Of a DNA stretch of 64,000 bases, positions 7,451-16,696 are shown in pieces. Position 1 is the stretch's first letter, and each line of letters opens with the position of its first letter. The stretch is from Nitrospirales bacterium. Its GTDB lineage: Bacteria > Nitrospirota > Nitrospiria > Nitrospirales > UBA8639. The position numbers were made by a program, and so were the translations under genes. The stretch lies in contig JAJDBM010000017.1 of the NCBI GenBank assembly GCA_029261355.1, forward strand, positions 17,736 through 81,735. The letters run 5' to 3'. A model generated the notes under the pieces. The model saw nothing but the letters and a program-made list of their open reading frames with translations, searched no databases and was not told the DNA's origin.

Positions 7451-8742
7451 AAAAGAGGCATCCATGGCGTGGTCTAGGCATGTTCCTATTCCTCTTGTTT
7501 ATGGGAGCGCTGGTCTATGTGTTTTATACGGAGTACCGTCCCACCGTGATTTTTGGTCTACGAGATGACTATGCTCGGGCCATCCCATTCCAAGAAATTC
7601 CCGTTGGATTAGATAGTTTGAACGCTGAAGAATGTGGGACGTGTCATCAGGAGATTTATAAAGAATGGAAATCAAGCATTCATGCTCATGCCTACGATGA
7701 CCCATTTTTTCAGGCCTATTGGAAGAAAGATGATAATGTCTTTGTCTGCTTGAATTGTCATGCTCCTCTGGAAAATCAGCAACCCATGCTTATTCAAGAT
7801 ATTCCTGATGATCGTGTGGAGCGAGCGACGCAAATCCCAAATTATCGCTATGAGAAAAATTTTGAACGAGAGGGGGTCACGTGCGCGGTCTGTCATGTTC
7901 GAGATGGCGTGATTCATGGACCTTTCGGAGATTCTGTTGCGCCTCATCCTACAAAGTTCGACCCGGCGTTTCGTACGACCCAAATGTGTCATCGGTGTCA
8001 TAGCGTCGTCTCCGGCCCGTTTCAGTTTTACAATGGAGGGCCTTGCGGGACGTACACAGAGTTTGAGGGCGAATTCTTCATGAAGGAAAAAGGCTTAATC
8101 TGTCAAAGCTGTCATATGCCTGAGGTGACGAGGCCTGTGGCGAAAGGCGGGCCGATCCGACATGGGCGGCGGCATCTTTGGCGAGGGGGACATGATCCTG
8201 AGATGGTTAAGCGAGCCATTGCAGTGCAAGTGGTGGCTGATCCAGTGCAGCCGATCCCTGGCGAACGGATTGATTTTACCTTAACTCTGATAAATGCTGG
8301 AGCAGGGCATAAAATTCCGACTGGAGACCCTGATCGTCATTTTTCGGTTGAATTTCTTATTCGTGATGGCGAGGGAAACATCATTCAGCATCAGGCTGAG
8401 ACGATGGGGCGATGGATTCTCTGGCAACCCGTCATATGGGAAGTCTATGATAATCGTCTGTTACCTCTCGCAAGCCGTGACTATGAGTTTACTTACGATT
8501 TGCCTGATGATGTGACAGACTGGAAGATGCAGGTCAAGATTCAGTACCATATTTTGACTGATGGGCAGCATGAAATGTTGCGAGAAAATTATGGCTTAAC
8601 GGGAAATGATCCATATATGTTTACGATTTATGAACGTGATTTTCCACTGAATGAAACGTTGTCGGTGGCATTAGATGCTCAACCGTCAGATCCGCGATTG
8701 GGATGTGCTAAGCCATTGGACGACGATAATTCGGTGGGCTAG
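7447..8742 (+). CDS. membrane-anchored pentaheme c-type cytochrome with C-terminal non-heme domain
   Basis: 431 aa with an N-terminal TM helix (GLGMFLFLLFMGALVYVFY). Five CxxCH motifs: CGTCH, CLNCH, CAVCH, CHRCH, CQSCH. The ATG overlaps the HDAC stop (ATGA at 7447-7450), and a GGAGG RBS lies 7 nt upstream. Confidence 0.8.
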   Translation: MKKRHPWRGLGMFLFLLFMGALVYVFYTEYRPTVIFGLRDDYARAIPFQEIPVGLDSLNAEECGTCHQEIYKEWKSSIHAHAYDDPFFQAYWKKDDNVFVCLNCHAPLENQQPMLIQDIPDDRVERATQIPNYRYEKNFEREGVTCAVCHVRDGVIHGPFGDSVAPHPTKFDPAFRTTQMCHRCHSVVSGPFQFYNGGPCGTYTEFEGEFFMKEKGLICQSCHMPEVTRPVAKGGPIRHGRRHLWRGGHDPEMVKRAIAVQVVADPVQPIPGERIDFTLTLINAGAGHKIPTGDPDRHFSVEFLIRDGEGNIIQHQAETMGRWILWQPVIWEVYDNRLLPLASRDYEFTYDLPDDVTDWKMQVKIQYHILTDGQHEMLRENYGLTGNDPYMFTIYERDFPLNETLSVALDAQPSDPRLGCAKPLDDDNSVG

Positions 8743-8769
8743 TCACGTGGTGGAATGAAGGAGACTCAT

Positions 8770-9639
8770 ATGACTGAAGATTTTCTTATCGACACGGAGA
8801 CGTTAGCGCAAAACCTTGGGCGTGAGGGGTTGGTGATTATTGATGTGCGTGGTGCAGCAGCCTATTCCTCGCATATTCCTGGAGCGGTTCATAGTACGTG
8901 GCATGAATACAGTGATCCGGAGGCCATCGCCAAGGGGTTGTTGAACCCTGACACTTCAGCGATTGAGCGTCGGTTACAAGCTTTGGGGCTTCATACCAAT
9001 AGTGACGTTGTGATCTATTCCAATCCGTTTGATAACTGGGGAGATGAAGGACGCTTGTACTGGATGTTGCAGTATGTGGGGCATCAAAGTATACGTATTT
9101 TAGATGGAGGTTGGGTGAAGTGGGTGGCCGAGCAACGTCCGTACGAACATCAGCCTGTGAAGCCTCCAGCTGGAGACTTTAAGGTGACGATTCATCCTGA
9201 GGTCATAATTAACAAGGCTGAACTCAAGAGTTTGGTGAGGCGTCCCCATCCGGAAACTGACATTCTTGATGCGCGAAGTGTGGAAGAATATGCGGGAAAA
9301 GAAGTCGATGGATTACCTCGAGCAGGACATATTCCCATGGCCATCAATATGCCATGGAGTGGGTTCCTGAATCCTGATGCAACCGTGAAGGATCTTGACG
9401 CGATTAAAAAAGTATTTGAAGATCGTGGGATTGATTCTCAAAAAGAGATTGTGACCTATTGTTTAGGCGGTGTACGTGCCGCATGGCTCTATTTTATTAT
9501 GCGTCTCATCAACTTTGAGCATGTCAAATGTTACCCAGGGTCATGGTGGGAATGGAGTCGGGATTTCGCGGCACCAGCTGAAAAAGATGTCAAATTGTTA
9601 CACAAAGTGTCAAACCCTGAAGGGGTCAAATCATCTTGA
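8770..9639 (+). CDS. tandem-rhodanese sulfurtransferase (thiosulfate / 3-mercaptopyruvate sulfurtransferase type)
   Basis: Two rhodanese domains, with active-site loop CLGGVRA in the C-terminal domain. The ORF track start 8755 contains the RBS GAAGGAG, so ATG 8770 is preferred. Confidence 0.85.
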   Translation: MTEDFLIDTETLAQNLGREGLVIIDVRGAAAYSSHIPGAVHSTWHEYSDPEAIAKGLLNPDTSAIERRLQALGLHTNSDVVIYSNPFDNWGDEGRLYWMLQYVGHQSIRILDGGWVKWVAEQRPYEHQPVKPPAGDFKVTIHPEVIINKAELKSLVRRPHPETDILDARSVEEYAGKEVDGLPRAGHIPMAINMPWSGFLNPDATVKDLDAIKKVFEDRGIDSQKEIVTYCLGGVRAAWLYFIMRLINFEHVKCYPGSWWEWSRDFAAPAEKDVKLLHKVSNPEGVKSS

Positions 9640-9720
9640 TCTTATGGTCTTGGCATGCGAGGATATACTAAGTTTACAAGATATTCATTTCAGAATTATC
9701 ATTCACCAAGGAGGTTGCAC

Positions 9721-10077
9721 ATGAGTCGAATGTTTATTCAGAAAGCTATGTTGGCGAGTAGTGTATTGGCACTCTTATCCTTCGTTATCTTCTCATCTTC
9801 TGTTATTGCTAGTGGTAATCCCCATGTGGCTGAAGCCATTGCTCATGCAGAAGGAGCTGCGAAACATGGAGGAATGGGCCATGCCGATGCGTTGGTGTCT
9901 CATGCAGAACAGGCATTGACCCATGCCCACGCAGCGCAAAAGGAAGTCACAAACCCGCATTTAGATGAGGGTGTCAATGAGCTCAAGGAAGCCATTGCTC
10001 ATGGGAAACAAGGACATGCTGAAGTCGGAACCAAACATGCGGGTAGCGCCGTAATGCATATGAAAGAGGTTCACTGA
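9721..10077 (+). CDS. SmbP-like small histidine-rich periplasmic metal-binding protein
   Basis: Signal peptide, then a helical His/Ala-rich repeat sequence (HVAEAIAHAEGAAKHGGMGHADALVSHAEQALTHAHAAQ...). It resembles Nitrosomonas europaea SmbP from memory. AAGGAGG RBS lies 6 nt upstream of ATG 9721; the track start 9655 is rejected. Confidence 0.6.
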   Translation: MSRMFIQKAMLASSVLALLSFVIFSSSVIASGNPHVAEAIAHAEGAAKHGGMGHADALVSHAEQALTHAHAAQKEVTNPHLDEGVNELKEAIAHGKQGHAEVGTKHAGSAVMHMKEVH

Positions 10078-10101
10078 ATCTTTGTGAATAAGGTTTCAAT
10101 T

Positions 10102-10140
10102 AAGGCGGGTAGGGCTGTCCCTACCCGCCTTGTTTCGTTT
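10102..10140 (+). terminator. rho-independent terminator after the SmbP-like gene
   Basis: 13-bp perfect stem AAGGCGGGTAGGG-CTGT-CCCTACCCGCCTT followed by GTTTCGTTT. Confidence 0.75.
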
Positions 10141-10242
10141 AGCGCGAGGGGTGTTTGCAATAATCTTGTGACTAAATTCTACCAACCGTAGGCGTCGTCT
10201 CGCTTTACCAAAAAACTTTACGAATACACTGACTGAGGGTTG

Positions 10243-11034
10243 ATGATGAAGGTCGGATTTTATCAGTATGCGCCACACTTTGGTGACATTCAGCGAAATG
10301 TCGATGAAGTCGTGAGTCGTCTCGAATCAATTGATGGCGATCTGTTGGTGTTGCCTGAATTGGCTATGTCGGGATATCAGTTTTCTTCGGCAGAGGAAGT
10401 GGCGAACCTGGCTGAGTCTGTTCCTGATGGTTTGACGACTCGTCGATTGGTTGAATTAGCCAAGCAGCGACATTGTTATATTGTGGCTGGATTACCAGAG
10501 CATCACGCAGGGAAATTCTATAATTCTGCCGTGCTTGTGGGCCCTTTAGGCTTTATAGGGCTCTACCGAAAGGTTCATTTATTTTTTGAGGAAACATTGT
10601 TTTTCTCCCCAGGTGACCTGGGTTTTCAGGTTTGGGATATTGGTCAATGTCATATTGGGGTTTTGATTTGCTTTGATTGGTATTATCCGGAAGCCGCTCG
10701 CACCTTAGCGTTGAAGGGGGCCGATGTGCTCTGCCACCCTTCTAATCTAGTGCTTCCTCATTGTCCCGATGCAATGGTGACTCGTTGTTTGGAAAACCGA
10801 GTGTTTAGTATTACGGCAAACCGGATTGGTGAGGAAGCTCGAAGCGGAAAATCACCTTTGCGATTTATTGGGAAGAGTGAGATTATTTCCTCAACTGGAA
10901 CGATTCTTCATCGAGCGGCAGATGACCAATCGGAATTGACCTTTGTGGATATCGAACCGCTTCAAGCGAGAGATAAGAGGATAAATCCGTATAATGACCT
11001 GCTACAGGATCGACGACCACAGAATTATGCCTAA
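10243..11034 (+). CDS. carbon-nitrogen hydrolase (nitrilase superfamily)
   Basis: E-K-C triad contexts LPELAMSGY, YRKVHLF, VLICFDWYYPE. Start is ATG 10243 or 10246; the track uses TTG 10240. Confidence 0.85.
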   Translation: MMKVGFYQYAPHFGDIQRNVDEVVSRLESIDGDLLVLPELAMSGYQFSSAEEVANLAESVPDGLTTRRLVELAKQRHCYIVAGLPEHHAGKFYNSAVLVGPLGFIGLYRKVHLFFEETLFFSPGDLGFQVWDIGQCHIGVLICFDWYYPEAARTLALKGADVLCHPSNLVLPHCPDAMVTRCLENRVFSITANRIGEEARSGKSPLRFIGKSEIISSTGTILHRAADDQSELTFVDIEPLQARDKRINPYNDLLQDRRPQNYA

Positions 11035-11220
11035 TCTGATGGCATAAACTTGGATGGTCAGGTCTCCGTTTAAGGACCAGTGCAAGATATAGGCATGGGC
11101 CTTTTGCCAATTACCCTGCTTAACGCTATTCTATAAGATGTATAGGGTTGAATGCTGAAAAATAGGGCAACATGGAGTAATGACATGAGGTCGACTCTTG
11201 TCGAAAAGGAGGAGGGTTAC

Positions 11221-11946
11221 ATGAAGGTATGGTTGTTGACGGTCATGACACTAATTCTTGTTTTGCCAGGCTGTATGGTCTCAAAAGACAAGTATGAAGC
11301 GGCTGTTTCGGATATGGAATCTGCGAAGGCTGACCTTGAGAAAATGCGAATGCATCGAGATGCACTTGAACAGCAAATGAACAATCTAAAAAGTTCAAAT
11401 GAATCAGTGTCAACAGAATTGGAGATGATGACTGCTGAGGTTCAGCGTATCAAAGAGGGAAGAAAGGGCGAGCAAGCGCTGTTAGGAAATCGTACAAAAG
11501 AGTTGGAACGTAAGCAGCAGCAATTGAAGGCAAAGACGAAACGTTTGGCCAAGGAATATCAAAAGGTCAAGAGTCAGAATAAGGCCTTAAAAGATACGGT
11601 TGTCCGGTATCAGAAAGAATTAAAGGCCAATAGAGAAAAGAAGATGGTTGCCGTCGCGGCACCTGGGAAAATGAAACAACCAACTGGGCCTTCCACTCAA
11701 TCTAAGGCAAATTCTTCTTCTCTTAAGAAGGTTGTCGCACCAGTAACAGGGAAAAAAGTGCAGTTAGTCAATATTAATAAGGCCTCCGCGAGCGATCTGA
11801 TTTTGTTTTTGGGACTAACGAAAGAAGTGGCGGATGAAGTGGTAGCCAAGCGACCGTATCGTTTACGAGGAGAGTTGGTGGCCAAACAAGTCGTGCCTAA
11901 GGCCACGTTTGATGTGATTAAGGACCGAATTACTGCAGCTCGATAA
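11221..11946 (+). CDS. coiled-coil lipoprotein with C-terminal ComEA-like helix-hairpin-helix domain
   Basis: AAGGAGGAGGG RBS before ATG 11221. N-terminus MKVWLLTVMTLILVLPGC has a lipobox-like LPGC. A long heptad-rich K/E/Q segment follows. The C-terminus VNINKASASDLILFLGLTKEVADEVVAKRPY resembles the ComEA HhH. Confidence 0.6.
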   Translation: MKVWLLTVMTLILVLPGCMVSKDKYEAAVSDMESAKADLEKMRMHRDALEQQMNNLKSSNESVSTELEMMTAEVQRIKEGRKGEQALLGNRTKELERKQQQLKAKTKRLAKEYQKVKSQNKALKDTVVRYQKELKANREKKMVAVAAPGKMKQPTGPSTQSKANSSSLKKVVAPVTGKKVQLVNINKASASDLILFLGLTKEVADEVVAKRPYRLRGELVAKQVVPKATFDVIKDRITAAR

Positions 11947-12016
11947 ACTCATTAGGGCGTGGAGATTTTTCTTATGAAGCGGGGGTCGGCATGTTGAGTG
12001 AGAGCCAATGCGGCTC

Positions 12017-12748
12017 TCAGAGGGTTCGGTCTTCAGTGATGAGGCCGTCTTCAAGGTGAATGACACGATCAGATTGTTCTGCTAGTTGTTGATTGTGTGT
12101 GACGATGACAAATGCCGTGCCTCGTCGCTGATTCAAGTTACGTAAGGTTTGAAAGAGCGACTCTCCTGTATGACTATCTAAATTTCCCGTCGGTTCGTCT
12201 GCAAGTACCAGATCTGGATTCTGAATTAATGCTCTAGCCACGGCTACGCGTTGTTGCTCCCCACCTGACAACTCTCCTGGTTTGTGATCAATACGATGGG
12301 ATAAGCCCACTTCGTTTAAGAGTGATTGTGCGGCTTCGCGTGCCTCATGTTGAGGCTGCTTTTGGATTAACGCTGGCAGGAAAGTATTTTCCAAAGCGGT
12401 GAATTCTGGCAAAAGATGATGGAATTGAAAAACAAACCCTAAACGGCGATTTCGGAAATTTGCGAGAGCTGATTCCGGTAAGTCCAAGAGCTCCTTGCCT
12501 TCGTAAGTGATTGTGCCTTCGGTTGGCTGGTCCAACGTGCCGATGATGTGGAGTAAGGTACTTTTTCCTGCCCCAGAGGCTCCAATAATTGATACCATTT
12601 CTTGTCGATGAATCGTGAGATTGATGCCCTTTAGAATATCGACACGTTGTTGTCCAAGGTAGTGGGTTTTAAAAAGGTTTTGAATTTCAACGAATGGCGA
12701 TTCATTCGAGGCCTGTTGAGAGTCCGAGTTATTCATAGCGAAGGGCAC
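12017..12748 (-). CDS. lolD: lipoprotein-releasing ABC transporter ATP-binding protein LolD
   Basis: Walker A GASGAGKST, signature LSGGEQQR, Walker B LVLADEPT. Overlaps the upstream permease gene. Confidence 0.85.
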   Translation of the reverse strand: MPFAMNNSDSQQASNESPFVEIQNLFKTHYLGQQRVDILKGINLTIHRQEMVSIIGASGAGKSTLLHIIGTLDQPTEGTITYEGKELLDLPESALANFRNRRLGFVFQFHHLLPEFTALENTFLPALIQKQPQHEAREAAQSLLNEVGLSHRIDHKPGELSGGEQQRVAVARALIQNPDLVLADEPTGNLDSHTGESLFQTLRNLNQRRGTAFVIVTHNQQLAEQSDRVIHLEDGLITEDRTL

Positions 12749-14012
12749 TCACAGGATTTAATTTGGCGGCTTGCCATGAAGGGTAGAGCGTGGCGGCAAA
12801 GCTAATGAGGATAGCGGAGATGGCAACAAGCGCGACATCTAAGCCAAGCACATGAACTGGAATACGTGAGATGTAATAGACTGAGGCATCAAAAGTCCAA
12901 TAGTTTTCAATGAACCAAAGAAAGGTGTAGCCCAGCGGGATGCCGATCGCGGTACCTGTCAGTCCAATCACCAGGCCATTGAGCATGAAAATTTTCATGA
13001 TGGATTGAGGAGTGGCTCCCATCGCCTTCAAGATGGCAATTTCTCGCTGCTTCTCATTTACGATCATCGTGAGCGTCCCGACGATATTAAATGAGGCAAC
13101 CAGTGTAATAAACATCAGGAGCAAGCCCATCATTGTTTTCTCCATCTTCAACGCAGAAAACAGGTTACGATTGAGATGCATCCAGTCTCTGGCGGCGAAG
13201 GATGTTCCAAGTGACATTTCAATGTCCTGGGCGATGGATCGTGCTTGGAAGACATCATCGACCTTTACCTGAATACCGGTGATCGTATTCTCAAGGTTGA
13301 AAAAGTCTTGTGCTTGCCGGAGGGAAATATACGCCAATGAAGAGTCATATTCATACATACCTGATTCAAAAATTCCAACAACCACGAAGGGGCGGATTTT
13401 GGGTGTCATCGATAGGGCATTGATTGGTCCCACCGGGGATACCACGTTGACGGAATCTCCGAGGAATAATCCCAGTCGTGCCGCGAGTTCTTTGCCAAGG
13501 AAGATTCCTGGTTTTGGCTTAGGTGTTTTTTTTGTATTTGAGTGTGACTCTGAATTTTGAGTTCTCAATGTTGTTGGAGGGTTTTCTAGGTCAGCGAGTT
13601 GTCCATAGTGAAGGTTCTCGGCTAATTCCGTGACTTGAGATTCTTTCTCTGGGTGGATTCCCCGTAAAATGATGCCTTGAACTCCCGATTTCGATGAAAG
13701 AAGGACTTGCTTGAAAATAAATGGGGCCGCGGCGACAGCATGAGGAATCTGTTCTATTTTTGTGAGCAACGCATCATCGTTCTTCATGCTTGGGATACCG
13801 CGTTCCTGAATGATAATGTGGGCCGTTGTTCCAAGGATTTTTGCCTGAAGGTCTTCTTTGAATCCGGTCATGATTCCTAACGTCCCAATCAAGGCAGCGA
13901 CCCCAAGAGTAATTCCCGCAATTGAAATGAATGTATTGAGTGAAATCGTTCGCTGACGCCGCTTTGCTCGAAGGTAGCGTAAGCCGACGAATATTTCATA
14001 CGGAAGATTCAC
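12729..14012 (-). CDS. lolC: lipoprotein-releasing system permease LolC/LolE
   Basis: 427 aa. N-terminal TM segment, large periplasmic MacB-like domain, C-terminal FtsX-type TM bundle. Immediately upstream of lolD. Confidence 0.85.
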   Translation of the reverse strand: MNLPYEIFVGLRYLRAKRRQRTISLNTFISIAGITLGVAALIGTLGIMTGFKEDLQAKILGTTAHIIIQERGIPSMKNDDALLTKIEQIPHAVAAAPFIFKQVLLSSKSGVQGIILRGIHPEKESQVTELAENLHYGQLADLENPPTTLRTQNSESHSNTKKTPKPKPGIFLGKELAARLGLFLGDSVNVVSPVGPINALSMTPKIRPFVVVGIFESGMYEYDSSLAYISLRQAQDFFNLENTITGIQVKVDDVFQARSIAQDIEMSLGTSFAARDWMHLNRNLFSALKMEKTMMGLLLMFITLVASFNIVGTLTMIVNEKQREIAILKAMGATPQSIMKIFMLNGLVIGLTGTAIGIPLGYTFLWFIENYWTFDASVYYISRIPVHVLGLDVALVAISAILISFAATLYPSWQAAKLNPVSALRYE

Positions 14013-15496
14013 GATGATTTTTCCGGCCGCAGTTGTGGGAATAAGATAACATCTCGAATCGATGGCTGATTGGTTAGGAGCATGACAAGCCTGTCAATGC
14101 CGATGCCTTCACCAGCGGTAGGCGGCATGCCATATTCCAATGCGCGAATAAAGTCTTCATCGAGATAATGGGCTTCATCATCTCCAGCCGCTCGTTGTGC
14201 CACTTGTCCTTCAAATCGTTCCCGTTGGTCAATGGGGTCATTGAGCTCTGAAAACCCATTGGCCAACTCACGTCCCCCGACAAACAATTCGAAGCGATCG
14301 GTTAAGGCCGGATTCGTATCTTTCCGTCGAGCGAGAGGGGATATTTCAATTGGGAAGTCTGTGATGAAGGTTGGTTGAATGAGTGTTGGCTCAACTGTGG
14401 CTTCAAAGAGTTGAGTCAATACTGAAATTAATCCCTTTTCTGGTTCAACATGGACCTTCAATGAATGGGCGACTTCGATAGCTATGTCAAGATTGGTCAG
14501 TATGTTTGGATCGACTTGATTGATTTCCACGATGGCGTCGAGATAAGGCAGGCGACGCCATGGGGATGCAAGGTTTATGGTTTGCCCTTGATAGTCAATG
14601 TTTGTGGTTCCGCATACGGTGTTGGCCAGACTGCTAAATAGTTTCTCGGTGAGTTGCATGAGGTCATGATAGTCAGCGTAGGCTTGGTAGAATTCCAGCA
14701 TCGTAAACTCAGGATTATGAATGGTCGAAATGCCTTCATTTCGAAAATTCCGATTAATCTCAAACACGCGCCGTAATCCGCCAACAATGAGACGTTTGAG
14801 GTAGAGCTCTGGGGCAATGCGTAAATACAAATCAATATCTAAGGTATTGTGGTGAGTCATAAATGGACGGGCTGCCGCACCACCAGGAATGGGTTGCATC
14901 ATCGGAGTCTCAACTTCCAGAAAACCGCGTTCGTTCAGAAAGGTGCGAATGTGAGTAATGATCTGGCTCCGTGACCGAAATACCTGATGGATATCTGGGT
15001 TGGCAATCAAATCAACATATCGTTGACGATAGCGGGTTTCAATATCTGTGAGGCCATGCCATTTTTCTGGTAGCGGTCGTAACCCTTTGGCTAAAAATGT
15101 ATAGCGCTGGACTTCAACCGTGAGTTCATCTGTTTTGGTTCGAAATAATCGCCCTTCAACACCAATCCAATCGCCAAGATCAAATTCTTTAGAGATGCCG
15201 TAGAGTTCCACTCCGATCAGGTCTTGCTTGAGGTAGACCTGTAGTCGATCGCCGCCGTCCTGCAAAGTCGCAAAGGCGGCTTTCCCAAATCGTCGAAGTG
15301 CCACGATGCGGCCCGCAATGGTACAAGAAATATGATTGGTGTCGAGCTCTTCTTTTTTCTTGGTATTGTGTAAAGTGTGAATTTCCACGATAGTGTGCGT
15401 CACATCGAATCGTAAGCCATAGGGTGAGACTCCGTGACTTTTGAGCGTCTCGAGTTTTTCTAACCGTTGCAGGCGTTGATCGTTTAATTCATCCAT
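14009..15496 (-). CDS. lysS: lysine--tRNA ligase (class II)
   Basis: 495 aa. OB anticodon-binding domain plus class II core (FRNEGIS, GIGIDRL). Conserved prfB-lysS pairing. Confidence 0.95.
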   Translation of the reverse strand: MDELNDQRLQRLEKLETLKSHGVSPYGLRFDVTHTIVEIHTLHNTKKKEELDTNHISCTIAGRIVALRRFGKAAFATLQDGGDRLQVYLKQDLIGVELYGISKEFDLGDWIGVEGRLFRTKTDELTVEVQRYTFLAKGLRPLPEKWHGLTDIETRYRQRYVDLIANPDIHQVFRSRSQIITHIRTFLNERGFLEVETPMMQPIPGGAAARPFMTHHNTLDIDLYLRIAPELYLKRLIVGGLRRVFEINRNFRNEGISTIHNPEFTMLEFYQAYADYHDLMQLTEKLFSSLANTVCGTTNIDYQGQTINLASPWRRLPYLDAIVEINQVDPNILTNLDIAIEVAHSLKVHVEPEKGLISVLTQLFEATVEPTLIQPTFITDFPIEISPLARRKDTNPALTDRFELFVGGRELANGFSELNDPIDQRERFEGQVAQRAAGDDEAHYLDEDFIRALEYGMPPTAGEGIGIDRLVMLLTNQPSIRDVILFPQLRPEKSS

Positions 15497-15559
15497 AAGT
15501 GCACTCGTTGCTTGGTGTTGGTATTTACTCTCTCATGAGGCCGGTGTGGTATTTTGAGG

Positions 15560-16666
15560 TTAGGAGTCAGAGTTTTCGTGTTTTTTGAGATAGGCGTGAA
15601 TAAAGGGGTCCAGTGCCCCATCCATAACCGCGGGAACATTCCCTGATTCATGATTGGTTCGATGGTCTTTCACCATTTGATATGGTTGGAAGACATAGGA
15701 GCGAATTTGGCTTCCCCAGGCAATATCTTTTTTCTCACCCACGATATTCTGAAACTCTGCTTCTTTCTTTTTCTGCTCTAATTCAAATATTTTCCCCTTG
15801 AGGACCTTCATGGCTCCCATCCTATTTTGTAACTGTGAACGTTCATTTTGACATTGCACGACGATACCAGTCGGGATATGTGTCATGCGAATAGCCGTCT
15901 CGACTTTATTCACATTTTGACCACCAGCTCCACCAGCTCGAAAGGTATCGATCTTGAGATCCTTGTCGTCGATCGTAATTTCCACATCGTCATCAAGTTC
16001 TGGATAGACCCCAACTGCTGCAAATGAGGTATGCCGTCGCTTGTTGGCATCAAAAGGGGAAATCCTCACTAAACGATGTACGCCAGCTTCTGCTTTTAAA
16101 TACCCGTAAGCATGTGGACCAGAAATTCCGAGGGTGACACTTTTAATGCCAGCTTCATCTCCTGGTTGCAAGTCAATGGTTTCAATGGCATATCCCCGTT
16201 CCTCGGCCCATCGAACATACATTCGCGTAAGCATTTGTCCCCAATCTTGAGATTCTGTGCCACCCGCGCCAGGATAAATGGTCAATATGGCTTGGCGATG
16301 ATCATGTGGGCCAGAAAGCAGCCGTTCGAGTTGACAGGCCTCTAGTACTGATTCGAGATGGCGTAGGCTTTTATCTAGCTCATCTTGGAGCTCAGCGTCG
16401 TCTTCCTCTCCTATCAATTGAATGAGGGCTTCTAAGTCGCTGTATTGTCGCTCGAAGTCCTTGACTCGTTGAACCTCACGCTCAATCGTCGCTTGACGGC
16501 GACCGACCTTGGCCGCGTTAGACGCGTCATTCCAGAATCCTGGTTGAGCGGTTTCTTGTTCGAGCTCGTCGAGTTCAGTCGTTAGGCGAGGGAGGTCAAA
16601 GTGACCTCCGTAGGTCGGTGATATGATTGGCAATGGTACTCATGCGAGTTCGAATGTCTTCGAGCA
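15560..16666 (-). CDS. prfB: peptide chain release factor 2, requires programmed +1 frameshift
   Basis: Frame 0 reads [23 protein letters not shown] then TGA. Shifting +1 at CTT TGA C continues [14 protein letters not shown] into the 357-aa ORF, which carries SPF (RISPFD) and GGQ (GAGGQNVNK). Confidence 0.9.
16594..16600 (-). promoter_or_regulatory. prfB: prfB autoregulatory +1 frameshift site CTTTGAC with upstream SD-like GGAGG
   Basis: Minus-strand sequence CTA CGG AGG TCA CTT TGA CCT, read directly. It matches the classical RF2 recoding signal. Confidence 0.9.
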
Positions 16667-16696
16667 TATAGATCTCCTTATAGTGCGATCAAACGA

